From Salpingoeca rosetta (Eukaryota > Protista > Choanoflagellata), in assembly GCA_033442325.1 (NCBI GenBank), contig JAWQFM010000018.1, positions 992,675 to 1,056,674 on the forward strand: a stretch of DNA of 64,000 bases. The letters run 5' to 3'. Below the pieces are notes generated by a model that saw only the letters and a program-made list of their open reading frames with translations, was not told the DNA's origin and made no database searches. Position numbers and translations under genes: made by a program. Numbering within the stretch: position 1 is the stretch's first letter; each line of letters opens with the position of its first letter. Shown one piece after another: positions 48,475 through 62,700 of the stretch.

Positions 48475-48987
48475 AGCGAGGCGGTTGGTGAGCAGGCTGT
48501 CGGGCTTGTGAACTTGAGCGTGGCGTCGTCCATTGTCACAAGACCACACACGCAGGGTGGTGGTGCCTCCACCAGCATCGTGATCAGCTCACCACAAACG
48601 ATCCTCAGCGTGTATGCGAGTACAGACGCAGATACACTTGAGTGGTACGGCACCATCAAGGCTGCCGCAGCCGTGCACAACACCGAGACCGTTTTTCCAA
48701 TGTCCCCGGTTAACACCCACCAACTCAGCGTCCCCGCAACCGAACGTAAGCTGCACACGAACAAGACGGGATGAGAAACAGAGGACAGCGCACTACACGT
48801 TCCACTTGCGCCGCTTGTTTGGTCCACTGTAACAGCACACACACACACACACATTTTCATAGAAGGACGCTCACTTACACACTTTGCCACTCTTCCTTTA
48901 CATGCCTATCGTCTTGTCCGACACCCACACACCCACACACCCACACACACACACACACACACCCACACACCCACACACACCCACACA

Positions 48988-49032
<45 letters not shown>

Positions 49033-52000
49033 ACACACACCCACACACACACATACACGTGCACACATACGCGCGCACATACGCGCGCACACAAACGTGC
49101 ACACACATTCACATCCACGCCGTCACCACCGCCATAACGCCACCCACAACCACCACCACCACCACGATAGGCCTGGACCAGGAGAAGCGAGACGCGTTGA
49201 TGCTGCAGCACGCAGCGCTGGTCAAGTCAATCACACCCGCGGAACACCGCTGCCAAGACATGGAATGCGACCTCATCACTGGTGCTGGCCTTGCACAGTA
49301 CAAGGAGAGCGGGAGTCGCAGCGGCACGCCGCACCAGCGCCGTCGCCGATACTCAAGCAGCTCTCGCTCGCCTGCCGCCTCACCAAGGCAACACCAGCAC
49401 CAACACCAACACCAGCACCAACAACAACAACAACAACAACAGCAGCAGCAGCAGCAGCACTGCGACGTCTCAACCACAAAACACGTGCGCGTGTTCCTGT
49501 GTACCTCCTACGGGGATATGGCCATGGAACGTGAGGCAATTCGCCGCAAGCTTGTGCCCTTCCTCACGCGCTTTGCACAAACGCTCGACATGACGTTTGA
49601 GCTTGTGGACCCATTTGAGGCTGTGACAACACAGCAGCAAGCGCTGGACGACCACGCCCTCGCCCACATCACCGCCGCTGCCCGCGCGTGTGTGAGCGAA
49701 TCGGCAGCAACAGCGTTCATCTCCATCCTCGGCAACTCCTACGGAGATATCATGCTGCCCACGACCATCCCCGAACAAGAGCTTGGTGCCATTCGCTCAA
49801 CGCTGCTGTCGCTTGACACAGACGACGCACGCGCAGCGCTCAACCTCGTGCATCGCTGGTACGTTCGCGACCTGAACGCGCAACCAGCGGTGGCCCGTCT
49901 TCTCCCCATTGCCACACACCACCCAATCAACAGCAGCAAGAAGAAAGAGCGGGCAGCAGCGTGGCAGGCGTGGGCAGCAGAGCGCCAGCAACTCCACGCC
50001 GCACTCGTTGACGGCACGAGTGGACTACGCAGCAGCGCGCAGATGACAAAGTACGTTTGTACGCTGCAGGACCAGCTGTGCGTGCATCACTTTGCAGAGA
50101 ACGCGGACAGAAACGCGCAGTGCATTCTGGTCAAGCGCTGTTTCAAGACCCCGCCACCCGTACCGACAAACGGCCGCGCAGCAAGCAAAGGCGCCAAGCT
50201 GGCAGCCGCGTATGGGGAGGACCCACAGTCGCACCGCGCGTCGCGTCTCAACCGCCTTCGTGAACGCCTCTCCCACGCCACTTCGGAGCAACGCGTGCTG
50301 CAGTTTGACGTGGACTGGGTGTCCGGTGCCGGCTTGTCTGACAAACACCACCACGCATACATCAACAACCTCGTCGCTGCGCTGCGCGAACGCATCACAA
50401 CAGACATCCTGCAGGCATACCGAAAGACGGAGGCAAAGGAGCTGTTGGCTGAGCTGCAACAACACGGCGTGCTCGCACGGTCCATTGCGGCACAGCCAGG
50501 GTTCACGCGCCCAGGGCTCATGGACAAGCTTGAAACATATTGCCTGCAAGCAACCGCAGCCGAAATGAACGCCCGCAGCACCGCTGCTCCTGCTGTCCTC
50601 CGCGCAGGCACATCCACGATGGTCGTGGAGTCTTCCACCGACCCTGCGCACAATGCTGGAGTTCAGAACCCTCTTGCCGACGACGACGGCGACAACAAAG
50701 ACGATGACACTTGCAGCGCTGATGATGATTATGATGCTGATGATGCTGATGATGATGATGGGTTGTGGCCGCTGATTTTGCATGGCCCGTCTGGGTGCGG
50801 CAAGTCGTGGCTGTGCGCAAACCTCATCAGCAAGCTGCAGCTGACAGCGGCGATAACCAAAGGCGCGTGCTGTGCACACGGAGGCGATGACGCTGGAGCT
50901 GTGCACGGGCGTGTGCTGGTTTACCGCTTCCTCGGACACACCCACGCGTCCACAGATGCCCGCTCACTCCTCTACAGCATGTGTTCGCAGATTCAGCAAG
51001 CCTACAGCAACGACGATGCTCATGCGGATGGCGATGGCGGTGGCGATGCTGCTGGTGATCGTATGTGCCACCCTGGCAGCCGCACGTCTGCTTCCAGGGG
51101 AAGTGATCACCACGCATCGACAGCGAGCAGCAACACGTCGCACCCGCGCGTCGCGACAGGAACACCAACGACAACAACATTCACAACGACAACGACGACG
51201 ATGGTGGCCCGACCACCGCACACATTTCAGGCGCTGTGCGACCACTTTGCCCGATGCCTGCGACTGGCGACAGCACACAGGCCGTTGGTGATTGTGTTGG
51301 ATGGGCTTGATCGCCTGTCGCACGCATACGGCGCGCTTCAGCACTTGCACTGGTTGCACGTGCACCGCCGCCTCCCTCTGCACGTGCGCTTGGTCATCTT
51401 CACAGCACCTACCACACAACGCCCATCCCACATCGACATCCTTGCCAACATTGAACAGCAGCAGCAGCAGCAGCAGCAGCGACAAGCGCAACACCCACAA
51501 CATGCAGGTGTTGTTGTACCATCGCCCTCATCGTCACCAGCACCACCATCGGAGTGCGTGTTGGTTCCGGTGGGGCTGCTGGCACGTGGTGTGCTCAACA
51601 CCTCCACCGTTCGCACGCTTCTCAAGAGCGCACACAAGCGCACGGTGACGCAGAGCCAGGCGTCTGCTCTCATCCGCGCCTTTGCCGCCTGCAGCAGCCC
51701 ACTCATGCTTCAAGCCCTCATGAAGCTGGCCACGGAATGGCAGTCCACAACACCATATGGCGAAGGGCCAGCGCTGCTGGAAGGGCTTCCAAACATCACC
51801 GCAGCCGACGTGCTGGCGGTTCTGCTGCAGCTATGGGAAGATCGCCACGGCCACGCCCTGGTGGAGCACGTGCTGTGTCTGGTTGCCACCGCTGAGCACG
51901 GCATTGCACCGGAGATGCTGCAGCAGCTGGCGGCGGGAAGTGGCGGGAACCACGAGGCAGTCACGTCTGCCTCGCACGCCAAAGGAGGAGAGGCTGCACT

Positions 52001-54108
52001 CTCCAGGGAGCGCCTCCCAACGCTGTCGTGGCTGGCACTGCTGCACGACATTGAGTTTGTATTTGCAGTGCACCATCGCCCCATTGGCCGCTCTGCTGTC
52101 TCCATCGCCCACCCTGCTTGGGCAGAGGTGATCCGTGAGCGCTATGGACTGGAACGCAACAGCAACAGGCAACACTATTTTCACCGCCTGCTGGCACGCG
52201 CCCATGCCCAGGTGTTTGACGCTGAGGCCGCGGCCCTCACACACTCCACCCGCCAAACCATCGCCGCTGCTGCTGCTGCTGCCGGGGGTGGTCGCAGCGG
52301 TGGCGGCGGCGGCAAGCGCAACAGCACGGGAGAAGGCAGTGCCACTGGCAGGAAGGCGAGGATGAGCACTGCGTGGACGCCACCGTCAACAGCAGCAGCG
52401 GTGGATCGGAGCACCGTCGTGCCACAGATGTGGGCTGCGCTGCAAGGGGTTGTCTTCCACCACCTTCGCAGTGGCGATGTGCAGCAGGCGATGCACATGA
52501 TGCAACGGCCCGAATTCTTGCATTTGAAGTGCGCGGCAGGGCTCGCGCATGACGCCATGCACGATCTGGAGGAGCTGTCCTTGCGGCAGCCAGACTTTGG
52601 CATGCTGGACGAGTACAACATGCTGCTGATGCTCGTGAGCACGATCAGCGACCACCCGCACGTGGGCCTCCTTGACCACATGCTCCTGCCCGCCTTCACC
52701 ACGCCACGCCTTCGCATGCGTGCACTTGAGCTACTGCACCAGTCACCTGGGCTCGCACAGGGGCTCATGTTCCTTGGCAGCGAAGCGCAGGGGAGCGCAG
52801 CCGATGGCGATAGCACCATGCACGCACTGGCTGCAATTGCCAACCGCGAACGGCCCAGCCCTTCCATGGCAAGCGCGGCTGTGTCGCACCTGAAATCGCT
52901 GGCAGGTGGCGCGGGCAGCGAGGGAGCCAGCTATGATGTCGCGCGTGTCTCGTTTGTGCACCACGCCGCTCGCTTTATTGTTCAGCGCAGCCACGGCGTC
53001 GACATTGTTTCCCTTGCGCCACTGACACTGACACGCAGTGCGGGCAACGAGGCCGGCAGTGCCACACGACAGGCGCCTGCAAGCACCACGATAGCCACTA
53101 GCAAAGACATGCCTGTGTTTGACTCGAGCCTGAGCGGCCGCGGCACAGTTGTGTGTCTTGGCTGCAGTGGCGGGGTGGCGGTGGTTGCAGACGTCACATC
53201 CGGTCACTGCCTGGCACGCACACCGACTCACGCAACCACAGCGTCACCGACTCCATCCCCAGCGTCGCTGCCCTCGCATTCTTCCTCCCCAACAAGCGCT
53301 GGCGTATCATCATCATCGTCGTCATCATCACCACTCACGGGCGATATTGTGCAAGTGTCCATTTCACACGACGCTGACGCGGCAGTCCTGCGGTCGTCAG
53401 CTGGTGTTGCGTACCTGTGGTCGTTGCCCCTCGACATTGCGCATGGCACAGCAGCAACTTGTGCCACGGATGATGTGCCCCGTGAACGTTCAACCACCGC
53501 CGTCAGCCGCACCAGTGCTGCCGGTGGCGTGGAGGGAGATGGACACCTGCCCCGACGGCAAACGAAGAAAAGCCGGCGGCACACCCGTAAGTTTGGCGGC
53601 CACCGCCATCACGCCGGGCAGCAGTCACACTGCGCCAGTGCCGCGACAGCAACAGCGCGTGGCGACCTGCAACGTCTTGAGGGTCACGCCGATCTTGTTA
53701 CCCACGTTGTATTTGCACCCACGGGTCTGGACTTTGTCACCTGTGCACGCGACGGGCGCGTACTGCTGTGGAGCGGGCGTGGCAAATGCGTGAAGAAGAT
53801 GCTGCGTGGCCACAGTGCACCCGTGGAAACAGCGCGCTTCCATCCTTCGGGCTCCCTGCTGATTTCGGGCGGCGAGGACCTGTGCGTGTGTGTCTGGGAT
53901 GTGCGAACCGGCAAACTGGCGCGAAAATTGCGTGGGCACACGAGCACGCCCGAGATTTGCGCATTCGCGCCGTCGTTCTCATGCACGCGCGTCCAGGCGC
54001 TGTCTGCTTCGGCGGACGGGATTGTGCGCCTGTGGCAATTGGAGCGGGTACAAGACGGTTTGACCATCGCCACCACGACTGCTTCCAGCAGCAGCAGCAG
54101 CAGCAGCA

Positions 54109-54143
<35 letters not shown>

Positions 54144-54613
54144 ACCTTTACCCACGCCGTGCACGCTAGCAAGAACCGACACGGCAGCCATGCACATGAT
54201 AATGACACAACCGATTCAAGAGTCACTGGGTGGCAGGTGGCCGGACAACACGAGCTCGCCATGGCCGCAGGAACGAATGGGATCACGCGGTCCATCTTGC
54301 ATGCCAGCTTCTCAAGTGACGGCGCCCTGATTGGTGCAAGTTCAAACGCTGCGTTTGCTGTCTGGGACGTACACACCCAGCAGCTGCTCTATTACTTGCC
54401 CGGCGCCTGGAAAGACTGGGCATTCAGGTCTGTTACTTGCGCTTGGGACAGTGTTTGTCGTTTGTCGTTTGTCGTTTGTTGTTTGTTTGGCTTTATGCAT
54501 GTGCTCGTTTGCTGATGTATGTGTGTGTGTGTGTGTGTTGATGCACTTGTTGTACACATTGGCGGCCTGCGCTTTGAACCGTCACCTTTGTTTCTGCGCC
54601 AACACACAATTGT

Positions 54614-54656
<43 letters not shown>

Positions 54657-55927
54657 AGCACACATGCTCTCGCACGCACACTCACATCATGGTCGCCATG
54701 AAACTTAACATAACATAACGGCGGCTGTTGACGTCATCATGTGTGTATTGTAGTGGGCGTGGACGACAGGTGGCAATTGTTTCTCAAGCTGGCCACGTGC
54801 AGACGGTTCGGTTGGGATCCATCCTTCAGCGCCACAACGTCGCCACTGCATGCCAGCACTTGCCCACAAGTTGCACAGCTGAGGGGACAGACGTGATGCG
54901 CGTGCCACCTTCAACAAGAGATAGCGGGACAGCCACGATGGTGCTGACCAAGACACGTTCGCCAGCACAGGGGGTGCTTGCCACAGCATCGCTGCGCAGT
55001 AGCTGCACAGCGCACGTGCAATGCCTGGACGTGCACCCGCATGCCAACACGGTAGCATTCAGCGCGCACCGCGGTGTCATCACGCTGCTGCAACAGCCAG
55101 CTTCGGGAGCGGGGCGCGCAGCTGGGCTGCTGGACCTGGGTTGTGCTGTGTCAGCGAGCTACCTTGCCCACATGAGCGACATATTGTGCATGGCCTTCAA
55201 CACGGAGGGAACGCTCTTGCTGTGTGGTGACCAGGAAGGGCGCGTGTGCGTTTGGGACACGGTGACAGGGACCGCAGTGTTGGACTGGGCTGCGGAGCAC
55301 CAAGGGCATGCGGTGCACGCCTGCTGCTGGCGGAGCGATGCCCGCCTTGCAGCCACCTGTGACAGCAAAGGCATGGTGTTGGTGTGGGACGTGGAGCAGC
55401 GTGCGCTGCGGCGTGCTATCATGGCCCACACGTCAGCCGTTCATGCCTGTGCATTCAGTCCACGCGGGGAAGACATTCTGTGCGGGAGTGCTGATGGAGT
55501 GGCAGCCGTGCATCGTGTTCAAGATGGGTGTTGTGTGCGCACGCTTGTGGAAGGTGACCTTCCCATTCACTCTGTCGCCTACAGCGCCTACGGCAAGTAC
55601 GCTGCTGTGGCCTTTGCGGATGGGGACATTGCGGTGTTTCTCTCGGGGACTGGGGAGGTGATACATGAGCTTGTTGGCGGGCACATTGGGCCTGTGGTCC
55701 GTGTTGTGTTTGCACAACAGGAGCATGGGTCGCTGCTGCTCTCCGCTGGCTGCGATGGCACGCTCAAGTTTTGGGGGCTTGACGCAGGCGAGGTGTTGAA
55801 GACCTTGATGCCGACGGGCATACCGGTCACCGCCCTTGCTTTGCGTTGCACACACGCAGGCACATGTGTTGTTGTTGGCGACGCAAGTGGGCATGTCGTC
55901 TCCCTCTCTCAATGCATGCCCTTGTAG
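45427..55927 (+). CDS. Large STAND NTPase: PH domain + DUF4062-like domain + NACHT + WD40 repeats (NWD1/NWD2/TEP1-like)
   Basis: PH: [38 protein letters not shown]4062-like: [17 protein letters not shown]. Walker A GPSGCGKS, Walker [14 protein letters not shown], and many GH...WD repeats at 53680-55830. The 5' exon structure (46560-46920) is uncertain. Confidence 0.85.
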
Positions 55928-56508
55928 TTAGTTGTGTGTGTGCAAGTGTGTATGCTGTGCTGTGTGTGCTGGGTTTGTTGTGCTGTGTGTTGTGTGTGTT
56001 GTGTGTGTGTGTTGTGTGTGCGTTGTATTGTGTGTGTGTGTGTGTGTGTTGTGTGAGCGTTGTATTGTGTGCGTGTGTGTGTGTGTGTTCTATTGTGTGT
56101 GTGTGTGCGTGTGTGTGTGTGTGTTTGTGTGTTGTGGGTTTGGGTTTATTTGGGAAAACTCGCTGAAATCTTACACTGTTCCCGGCGCTCAAAGATGGGG
56201 AAGGCAATTGCGGCAAAACAAAGGGCAGCGGTGCGCATGGGTGAATGTGTGTGAGAGCACGCGCCTCATAGACAGAAAGAAAAGTGAATCAATAGATAGA
56301 TAGAAACCAAGTGCCTCGGTGCGAGGCTCATGTGTAGTGCTGCGACTGTCGCTTAGACGGTTGTGGTGTGCACCTCTGCTTTTTTCCACGCAACAACGCG
56401 CGGGTGATTAAATTTTGCAATTTGGGCAAAAGTTTTGCACTCCACGCACAAACGCCAGAGAGCGAAAGAGCGAAGAAGGCACCCACACGCAGGCGAACAA
56501 CACAAAAG

Positions 56509-56715
56509 ATGCTGGCAGGCGCGCGCAGTGTGGTGGGGCGGGTGTTGCCTCGTGCAGTGGTGAGGGCTGGTGCTGGTGGTCTGCAAGCGCAGCAACGCAC
56601 GTTGCACTGGACTCCTGTTGCTTGCAAGAAAGTTGTGCCTTTCCTTCTGGCAGACATTGGCGAAGGCATTGCCCAGGCCACTCTTCTCGAGTGGTGCGTC
56701 ATGCACTAGAGTACT

Positions 56716-56752
<37 letters not shown>

Positions 56753-59289
56753 ATTCGTGTGTGTGCGTGTGCGGGCGTGCATGTGTGCATGTGTCTGTTC
56801 AGACGCATGCGTCTGTGTGTGTGTGCATTCGTGTGTGTGTGTGTGTGTGTGCGTTTGTTTGTCCATATGCTTCTTCGTCTGTTCATGACATGCTGTTCAT
56901 GCCTCACTGCACTACTCATCACCACCTTGACCAGGCACGTGAGTGAGGGTGACCACGTCAACCAGTTTGACCCCGTTTGCGATGTTGCCAGCGACAAGGT
57001 ACGACACACACACACACACACACACACAACCCATTCACAGTTGGAACGTGTGCTGCATTGGACCCAGTCACCGCCATGCGGTTTACCTCACGAACTTGCA
57101 TTGCACGAAGATAACGAGCACAGCTTCACGCTTCACCAGCCAACTCCGACAGCGGCAACACGTACAAAATAGCATAACACATACACAAACGTACACAGCA
57201 CCGCAAACCACACTCACACCACGCACACATACACACACACAGCACCGCAACGCAACCAACAACGTACACCCCACCACACCATAGCAATGCAACACCGCAA
57301 GCACGCCACTCTAATCTCTTGTCACACACCAATGCTCCATTCGCGGTGCATATCAACAACAGGCCAACGTGGACATCTCCAGCCGGTACGATGGCAAGGT
57401 GGTGAAGCTTCACTACGAAGTCGGAGAAATGGCCATTGTCGGCAAGCCCCTGATTGACATCGAGGTGGAGGACGATGACGATGGCGAGACTGATGAGGGC
57501 GCCTCCACTGAATCTGCCACGTCTGAAGCCGACGCTACCGCCGAGTCCCCAGCCATCCCCGAACAACAGGGCGCCACCGCAGGCCCCGCACGCACAGGCA
57601 AGGTTTTGATGACGCCCGCTGTTCGTCGCATTGTCCGCGAGAACAACATCCCGATTGAGCAAGTTGTTGGCACCGGCAAGGTACGCAAAATGTTCTGTGT
57701 GTGTGTGTGTGCGTGTGCATGTGCGTTTGCTCGCACTCATACTTGTAATTACACCCCCACACATTCACACTCACACATTCCCACTCACATGTACACATCC
57801 ACACATTCACATACACATACACACACACACACACACCACTCACGCATGTTATTTTTTTTTAATTTCTTCAACTCGCTCCATCCCACCGACATTCAATCGT
57901 CAACACGCTCATCGCTCTTCCTTGGACACCCACCCACCTCTCATTGCAGAACGGCCGCGTGTTGAAGGAGGATGTTCTCAACTACCTGGAGCACGGCGCC
58001 CAGCCCGCCCAAGCACCGGCAACAGCGACAACAGTTGGTGCTACTGCATCTGCCAGCATGGGTCAACAGCAAGCTACCGCCACCACAGGCCGTGGTCTCG
58101 CCGAGGACCAGACACAGCCCATCTCCGGTATCCAGGCCGCCATGGTGAAGTCCATGACGGCGGCCTTGAAGGTGCCCCACTTCTCCTACGCCGAAGAGGT
58201 GGGTCGTGCAGGTCGCGTTCGTCTTGAAGTTGCGATGCTCCGGGCTCATGTTGGACTCAACCCACACCCACACCTGCACTCACAACACCCACACATGAAT
58301 AACATACACACATGCACACGCACATGCACATTCATGGCTGCTGCCACGCGTTCTCATTCGTGCACGCTGCCGCTGGCCCTTACCCAAAACACGTGCATAG
58401 ATTGAGATGGATGGCCTGATGGAAGCGCGCCAGACACTTCGCGCAATGGCCGCTGACTCGCTCAAGGTCTCGTACATGCCCTTCATCATCAAGGCTGCCT
58501 CTCTTGCCTTGGAGAAGTACCCAATCCTGAACAGGTGAGCACAATGCACTGGTGCAGCTCGGACCTGTGCACATGCACATGAAAATTACTTGTGCGTGCG
58601 CACATCTGCATGCCTGCTGCTTGTGTTTTCCTGCCGTTGCTGTTGTACAGACACCACGCACACCTGCCCAACACCATGCAATGATGTCTGCTCCAACTTC
58701 CTGTCATTCATGCACGTGCACTTTCTGCCAATCACACACACCCCGACAGTCATGTCAATGAGGAGTGCACATCTGTCACTCTCAAGGCTGAGCACAACAT
58801 TAGTGTGGCCATGGACACACCGCTTGGCCTCGTTGTGCCAAACATCAAGAATGTCAACAACAAGAGTGTCTTTGACATTGCGCGTGACTTGAATGAGCTT
58901 CAGGTAAGGCGTGTTGTCCGCAAGTGTGCTTTTCAGTGATCATGTTTGCAGTCGTTTGTTCTGGCTCTTGGCAGTCGCTTTCTGCTTTGCCCAACAACAA
59001 AGTAAGCACACACACACACACACACACACGTACACGCGCACAAAACGCACACACGTTCACACGTACATACACCATCACACCAGGAACTTGGGGCGAAGAA
59101 CAAGCTGAAGACGGAGCACTTGACAGGTGGCACGTTTACGCTGTCCAACATTGGTGTCCTCGGTGGGACATACCTTGGGCCTGTCATTGTAGTGCCACAG
59201 GTCGCCATTGGCGCAATGGGGCGTGTGCGTAAGCTGCCTCGCTTCGATGACAACGACAACGTCATCGCACGGCACATTATGGAGGTGTG

Positions 59290-59322
<33 letters not shown>

Positions 59323-59494
59323 TGTAATCGCTAAACCCGTGTCATTAAACTCATCGACGTTGCCCCCTGTTTGTCTACAGATCAGCTTCAGTGCGGACCA
59401 CCGCGTCATCGATGGTGTCACCATCGCCAAGTTCTCCAACGAGATGAAGCAGTTCATCGAACACCCACTGCGCTTGCTCGCCCACCTCAAGTGA
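56509..59494 (+). CDS. DBT: Dihydrolipoamide branched-chain transacylase E2 of BCKDH, mitochondrial; ~8 exons
   Basis: [11 protein letters not shown], lipoyl motif [52 protein letters not shown]. Confidence 0.95.
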
Positions 59495-59752
59495 CTTGTG
59501 CTTTGATGGTGTTTGTTTGGTTGTATTGTGTGACACCATGGAACCGCAGTAGTTCTTGTGCATGCAATAAAAGATTGCTGGTCCAACACAAGGCATTTGA
59601 ACAAGCATACAAACGCACATGCAAGCATACACATACATACGCACAGGCAAATACACACACGCACACACAATGCTGTACAACACCCTACAACTGCCCCGCA
59701 ATCTACACATACAGCGCAACCCAGATCACAAAACGTTCACACAAGGTCATGC

Positions 59753-62700
59753 TCAGTACGGAATCTCACACAGAATGGCACGGCTATCCGAGTCAACGGT
59801 TGTTGTCCAGATGACATTGCCACCCTCGGTAACCAACATTGTGATGACACGGTCACTGGTAGTGTCAGAGCGTGGCTCGCCAACGCCCCATGGAACAAAT
59901 GACCCGTCGTAAGGCGTGCCATCATCCCAAGTCGGAGTGCCACTCGTGTCCACGCGTCCGCCCAGCCACACGAATGCCGGCGGGCTGTCGCTCGTTAAGT
60001 AGCGCGTGACAAACTCCTGCTCTGCGCCTGTCCCCACGACAGCAAGCGCGCCGCTGAACGTGGCACAAATGACCTGGGCACTGTCGCGGTTGCCAGGCAC
60101 GTCCAAGTACAGGTACTGCGAATCAGGCCCTTGAGCAAGACCTGCCGCAACGTCACAAACACGTCAAACAACCAAACGTGAGAACTTTGAAGGAGTAATG
60201 ACATGGTAAGAGCACGCACAAAAACGTGCACATCGCTTCGGAGTGTGTATGGCAATGAGTACACGTATGGCACTCGCATACTACTATGCATTGCATCACA
60301 CACGATATCAGTGCGAGTGTCCCTACTGACCATTGACAATTTCGACACTAGGCGTCGTCGTGGTTGCTGTCGTCGTCGAGGTTACCGTGCTACTGCTCGT
60401 GCTCGCGTCGTCTCGCTCACACAGGTAGTGGAGGCGACGCTTTTGGTAGTGTGAAAACCAATCGACATCATCAACGCCCCAAACCTTCATCCTCACACCT
60501 TGAAGTTCTGCGAGGAGCGGCTCGTTCTCCGCCCAGGGCGCCCAGCTATCATCGTACTCAGTGCCATCTTGCCATTCAACAGAGCCATCCAGGTTCACGA
60601 CAGCCCCGAGCCAAACAGAACGACCCCGCGTGTGCAGGAAAATGTACCGCATCAGCAACTGCAGCTCCTCCTGAGAGCTGATTGTTGCAAGATGACCACC
60701 ACGCAGCTGGCATTGCTCCTCCGCACCATATTGGTTGCGATAATCCTTGACGTAGAAGAACGTAGATGACAGTCCCACCAGCCACTCTGCAAGAACATAA
60801 CAAGCAGGTTTGAGTTCGTGAGATGCAATAACACATGTCAAACTGCTGCAGACTGATGCAGATAACAAAATGGGTCAGTCAGCGAACAGGTTCCACGCAC
60901 GTTCAGTCTCGTTTGTGGCTTCGTTGAAGTAATCCACGAATGTGAGGGCCTCTGTTGTCGTGGTGGTGGTGGTGAAACTTGTCGTCGTGGAAGACGAACT
61001 AGTTGAAGATGACGATGAAGTTGAAGACGAGGTGGACGTAGAGCTTGACGTAGTGGTCGAGGTCGAAGTCGAGGTGGAGGTGGAGGAAGACGTGCTAGTG
61101 CTCGTGGAAGTCGAGGTGGAGGTAGATGTGGAGGTAGAGGTCGATGTGGAAGTCGAGGTTGACGTTGAGGTGAAAGTCACGAATCCGGACCCGGAGCTGG
61201 AAGATGTGGATGTGGACGTACTCGTTGAGGTAGACGTAGAGGTAGACGAAGACGTGGAGGTAGAAGTAGAGGTAGACGTGGAAGTACTCGTGGACGTAGA
61301 CGTGGAGGTGGAAGTAGAAGTGGAGGTAGAGGTGGAGGTCGAGGTGGACGTGGAGGTGGAGGTGGAAGTGGAAGTAGATGTGGAAGTACTCGTGGAGGTG
61401 GACGTAGAGGTGGAGGTGGAAGTGGAAGTAGATGTGGAGGTGGAAGTAGAAGTGGAGGTAGAGGTGGAGGTCGAGGTGGACGTGGAGGTGGACGTGGAAG
61501 TACTCGTGGAGGTGGACGTAGAGGTAGAGGTGGAGGTGGAAGTAGAAGTGGATGTGGACGTGGACGTGGAAGTACTCGTGGAGGTAGAGGTGGACGTGGA
61601 AGTAGAAGTAGACGTGGAAGTACTCGTGGAGGTGGACGTAGAGGTAGAGGTGGAGGTGGAAGTAGAAGTAGAGGTAGAGGTGGAGGTGGAAGTGGAGGTC
61701 GAGGTGGACGTGGAGGTGAACGTGGAAGTACTCGTGGAGGTGGACGTGGACGTGGAAGTACTCGTGGAGGTGGAGGTGGAGGTGGATGTGGATGTGGAGG
61801 TAGAGGTGGACGTGGAGGTGGACGTGGACGTAGACGTGGAGGTGGAGGTAGATGTGGACGTGGAAGTAGAGGTAGATGTGGAGGTCGACGTAGAGGTAGA
61901 CGTGCTTGTGGACGTAGAAGTAGAAGTAGAAGTAGAAGTAGAAGTAGAAGTAGAAGTAGAGGTAGAAGTAGAAGTAGAAGTAGAAGTAGAAGTAGAGGTG
62001 GAGGTCGACGTAGAGGTAGATGTGCTTGTGGACGTGGAAGTACTCGTGGAGGTGGACGTGGACGTGGATGTCGACGTGAACGTCACAAAGCCTGAACCGG
62101 AGCTGGAAGTGGTTGAGGTGCTAGTGCTTGTGGAAGTGCTTGTGGACGTACTCGTGGACGTACTCGTACACGCGGATGTAGACGCACACGTGCATGTGGA
62201 GGTCGCAGGTTGACACGCGCTGGCAGTCGAGGTCGAGGTGAAGGTCAAACTCGCAGTCGACCTAGACGTACCCGTGGAGCTGGATCTGGCGGTTGAGGTT
62301 GAGGTGGAAGTGGACGTAGATGTACAGGTAGATGTGGTCGTGGAGGTCAGGTGGAAGTACTCGTGGACGTAGCCGTCGAGGTGGAGGTCGAGGTGCACGT
62401 AGAGCTGGAGGTAGATGTGGACGTGGACGTGGAGGTGGAGGTAGATGTGGACGTCGATGTGCACGTGGAAGTAGAGGTGGAACTGGAGGTCGACGTGGAA
62501 GTAGAGGTGGACGNNNNNNNNNNNNNNNNNNNNNNNNNNNNNNNNNNNNNNNNNNNNNNNNNNNNNNNNNNNNNNNNNNNNNNNNNNNNNNNNNNNNNNN
62601 NNNNNNNNNNNNNGATGGCAATCACAATGGCGGTGGAGGGGAGAGTGAGCGAAGTTGTGCATTCATAGTATGGCCTCAATTCTCCTCCCCTTCCGCTCCT

